From Macrostomum hystrix (taxonomy: Eukaryota > Animalia > Platyhelminthes), in contig CATNEN010000001.1 in the NCBI GenBank assembly GCA_950097015.1, positions 13,826,001-13,890,000 on the forward strand: a stretch of DNA of 64,000 bases, written 5' to 3'. Position numbers and translations under genes: made by a program. Below the pieces are notes generated by a model. The model was not told where the DNA came from. It saw only the letters and a program-made list of their open reading frames with translations, and did no database searches. Below, piece after piece: positions 60,429 to 64,000 of the stretch. Position 1 is the stretch's first letter. The number at the start of each line of letters is the position of its first letter.

Positions 60429-62022
60429 TAGGGTAATGTATCACCAACCGAACAGTGTAACTTCAAAACCGAACAAGAATTTTGACTCCTTCCTTGGTCT
60501 TGTGCAGGACAGAAACATGCTATTATGTTTCACAGAACAACTAATTTGAAAGTCAAAGACATTATCTACAAGCTGAGGCATGACATGCAATGAAGCATTA
60601 AGAGGAAAGAAAGATATGGACGTTTCAGTAGAAATTTTTATCACAAAAGCATACTTTTTAACAACATTTTTTTCAGCATGTACTTTAGACAAAGATTGTA
60701 TATGGTTGCTTTCCAATTAAATGACCATAAATGTAGTTATTTATAGAGCATGAAAAATGCTTTCAAATGACATAATTCATAATAGTTCACTCCTTAAAAT
60801 AAGATTAAACCACTCACTCAAATTGCAAAACTGAACATCAAATTCTCCATTTGGTTTGAAGATACATAAAAATCATCATTTGGTTTTAAATGAAAATCAC
60901 AAATAACTTTTTTTATTAGACAAAATAGCAAAAGCAGATACTTTTTAGAAAGATATAACTGTTTTTTATAACTTGGCTTTTGATTTAGGGTAATGTATCA
61001 TCAACCGAACAGTGTATCTTCAAAACCGAACAAGAATTTTAACTCCTTCCTTGGTCTCATGTAAGACAGAAACAAGCTATTGTGTTTCACAGAATAACTA
61101 ATTCAAAAGTCAAAGAAATTATCTATATGCTGAGGCATGACATGCAATGAAGCATTAAAGGAAGGAAAGATATGGACATTTCAGTAGAAATTTATATCAC
61201 AAAAGCATACTTTTTAACAACATTTTATCAGCATGTACTTTAGACTAAGATTGTATGCGGTTGCTTTCCAATTAAATGACCATAAATGTAGTTATTTATA
61301 GAGCATGAAAAATGCTATCAAATGACATAATTTATGATAGTTCACTCCTTAAAATAAGATTAAACTACTCACTCAAATTGTAAAACTGAACATCAAATTC
61401 TCCATTTGGTTTGAAGATATATGAAAATCATTGTTCAGTTTTAGATGAAAAACACGAATAACTTTTTTGGCAATGTTCTACTTCCATTCGTTATATTATT
61501 TTTTTGTTTGCAAACGACAGATAACGACAAAAAACAAGTTTAATGGTAACAAAAAGTCAGTAGTTTGGTCAGACAGTTCTGAAAAGTCTTGGTCAGTCTT
61601 TCTTCTTTCAAACCAGGTAAGTGCCTAATCCAGTAGGAGGGCACCAAAGCTATTCTTGGGGTATAGACGGCGCCATAAGAATTCTTCGAGGTGGCTTTCG
61701 AATAGAGCAGCACTCGTGCCATGCATTTGACGCAGCTTGGCCTTCGCAAAATCTTCAGCTGCAGAATTTTTGTGCCTTAGCTTCCTGTTCCCCCATATTT
61801 GCCAGATTTTGCCATAGACATAGATCCAAGTGTCAAGTCATGGCAAAGCCACGTCAGCACAACTTTTTCAAACTCAGAATGCATGTGTGGCACAAATTCA
61901 AACGAAAAAATAATATAAAAAATGGAAGTGGAACATTGCCCTTTTTTCTATTTGACAAAATAGCAAAAGCAGATACTTTTTAGAAAGATATAACTGTTTT
62001 TTATAACTTGGCTTTTGATTTA
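60429..62022. repeat. Tandem duplication of about 557 bp (60429..60987 and 60986..62022, second copy interrupted by Merlin)
   Basis: Both copies start TAGGGTAATGTATCA and end CTTGGCTTTTGATTTA, with scattered substitutions. Confidence 0.88.
61469..61940 (-). mobile_element. Merlin/IS1595-family DNA transposon, internally deleted (472 bp)
   Basis: TIRs GGCAATGTTCTACTTCCATT / AATGGAAGTGGAACATTGCC; CTTTTTT duplicated on both sides. Minus-strand AKAKLRQMHGTSAALFESHLEEFLWRR matches the Merlin transposase C-terminus. Confidence 0.8.
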
Positions 62023-62625
62023 TCATCATATCTTAAACAGAAAATCTGTAGCTTAGGTTTGAAGTTAAAAAAGTATATTCTTGTTTGATTGATGATAGGC
62101 TAGGCTACATTGTCATTACCCTAACTGATCATAAAAAACATATTTTTTATAAAGGAGGAATACAAGAAGTGGCTAGAATATCTTCTTGTAGCCAAGAAAG
62201 TCACCAATAAAGCTGAGAAAAGGCAACCCTATTGACCCTGATTGGAGAAGAGGTGTACTCAATTCTAAGGAACTCAATTGTGCCAACAATTACAAAGTGC
62301 AAGGACAAGTCCAATAAGGAGTAGGCCTACTGATTTCACTCCAATACCAGTTTACCCTGGAATTGAGCTTTATTGTTCAAGAAATTGTTTTTGCTCAACA
62401 GAAACAGAAGGATGGCGAGACTGAAGCAGTCTTTGCAGAAGCCTCAGTGCCAGCTGCATGTTTCATGATGTTTGACATTCCTGGATCAAGCGCATTGAGT
62501 GATTTTGTCTTTGCCCTCAGAGAGGAGCATGTTGAACTTAATTGTAAACTGTAGGCCTAGACTGAACTTAATTGTAAACTGTAGGCCTAGACTGAACTTA
62601 ATTGTTCATTGTGAACTTAAACAGA

Positions 62626-63036
62626 TCCTAGACACTTCGTCATCCACGTGGAAGGTAGGCCTAGGACACTTTGTCATCCAGCCAATTGGCATGCTTTAAA
62701 GTTTGGTCAGTTCGTCATCTACTAATAACAAGCAATCAAGTTCGACATCAATAAAGTGAGGGTGGGGTGGTGGGACAGAGGTGTGAACACACTTCACACT
62801 CTAAATTGTCAAAAAGAGGTGTCAAAACTGATTTCACTATAAGAGTTGAAAGATAGGTGCCAACATGATGTGAGGAGGGGTGGGGAGGGGTGGTTCTATT
62901 CTAACTTTGAAAACTTTTATTTTATAGATGACGAAGTGTCCACAAGTCTAAGTGTCTTTGTCATCCACCCTCTGAGATATTGGACAGATCGTCATCTGGA
63001 TGACGAAGTTGTAAGATGACAAAGTGTCCAGGTACC
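62626..63036. mobile_element. Possible MITE with inverted subterminal repeats (GGACACTTYGTCATC / GATGACRAAGTGTCC)
   Basis: Several forward copies on the left and reverse copies on the right; no TSD resolved. Confidence 0.4.
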
Positions 63037-64000
63037 GAATTTAAACTACCTAATAAGAATTTTATAAAGAAAAATCTAAAGAAAAAATTAACCACTTTTA
63101 ACTTTAAGGCCCTTAGGGCCTACTGTTTAAAACCAAAGAAAATCAGAATAAAGCCTTTCAAGTTATAAAAACAAACAATTAACCCTTTCCTTACCTTTCC
63201 AGAGCATTTTCTTGTTTCGATTTTATCAGCTCTCGAAAGGGAGTAACACTTCTGGAGAACAATAAAGAAATCTGATTTATAAGGACATTTAATCTGATTG
63301 CTTCAATTTTCTTTTCAAGAATAATAAAATGAAAATCTAAGGCACTTTTTTCCGCTTTGTCATTTTGCTGTCTTTCCATGTCAAAAACGAGTAATTTTAA
63401 ACTACTTTTTAAATAGTAATAGTAAACTAATTTAAAATATCTGCTAGTGCAGCAGCCAGCAGGGCTCCATGGTCTCGACGACCAGACACAAACTAAAAAA
63501 CTACTCAGTTACACCAAACTTGAACTGGCGCGAAAAAAAAATAAGTTCGTATTAGAAAATTTTCGCTCCAACAATGTACTTGCCAACGGTGGCAAGGCAA
63601 GTACACGCCACGCATGCAAGATACACTTGCATGCAGTTTTACATACAGCCTTTATGTATCATAGGTGTTCGAAAAAAGTAATAATTTTCAAAAGGACATC
63701 ATCAAGGAAAGGACATCATCAGGCATTCCATACTTCAGTGTCATAACTGTTGGAAATCGCAGTTGTCCTGATGCTTACATGCTCATATGAAGTTTTAGGA
63801 CTCTAAGTGCACTGTGTTCTGAATTTCGTCGAAAAATCCCGGGATCGTAGCTAGCTATACTGAGTCAAATTTGAAAATCCAGCGGGATTTTTTAGAAACA
63901 ATTGGGCTACCGTTTTTAAGCTGCCTATATTTGGACAAATCGACGGCATTTTAATATAATTACTAATGCCAATCGTTTTCTTGAATGCCACTCACTCACG

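Overview
Eukaryotic (animal) genomic DNA with GT-AG introns, GC-rich exons and many unrelated mini/microsatellites. The style suggests a free-living flatworm such as Macrostomum, but this is an unverified inference. Most long ORFs in the supplied track are translated satellites. Manual splicing gives these genes: two tandem acyl-CoA thioesterase II/ACOT8-like genes (the second has a class A-like GPCR nested antisense in a 9.5-kb intron), a 5-exon 538-aa uncharacterised gene, two tandem ankyrin-repeat + Mab-21/cGAS-like nucleotidyltransferase (cGLR) genes flanking a small RING-H2 gene, a PNRC-family gene and an X-family DNA polymerase (Pol mu/TdT type). There are also Merlin, CACTA-like and LINE remnants. 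The stand-out feature is the cGLR pair. Copy A (about 2,522 aa) has a myristoylation-type N-terminus, about 47 near-identical 33-aa ankyrin-like repeats that vary mostly in a short cassette at the DARPin-type binding positions, and an NTase with intact catalytic motifs. Copy B has only a few repeats and a 59-bp frameshifting deletion. Together they look like a rapidly diversifying, repeat-coded innate-immune receptor family.
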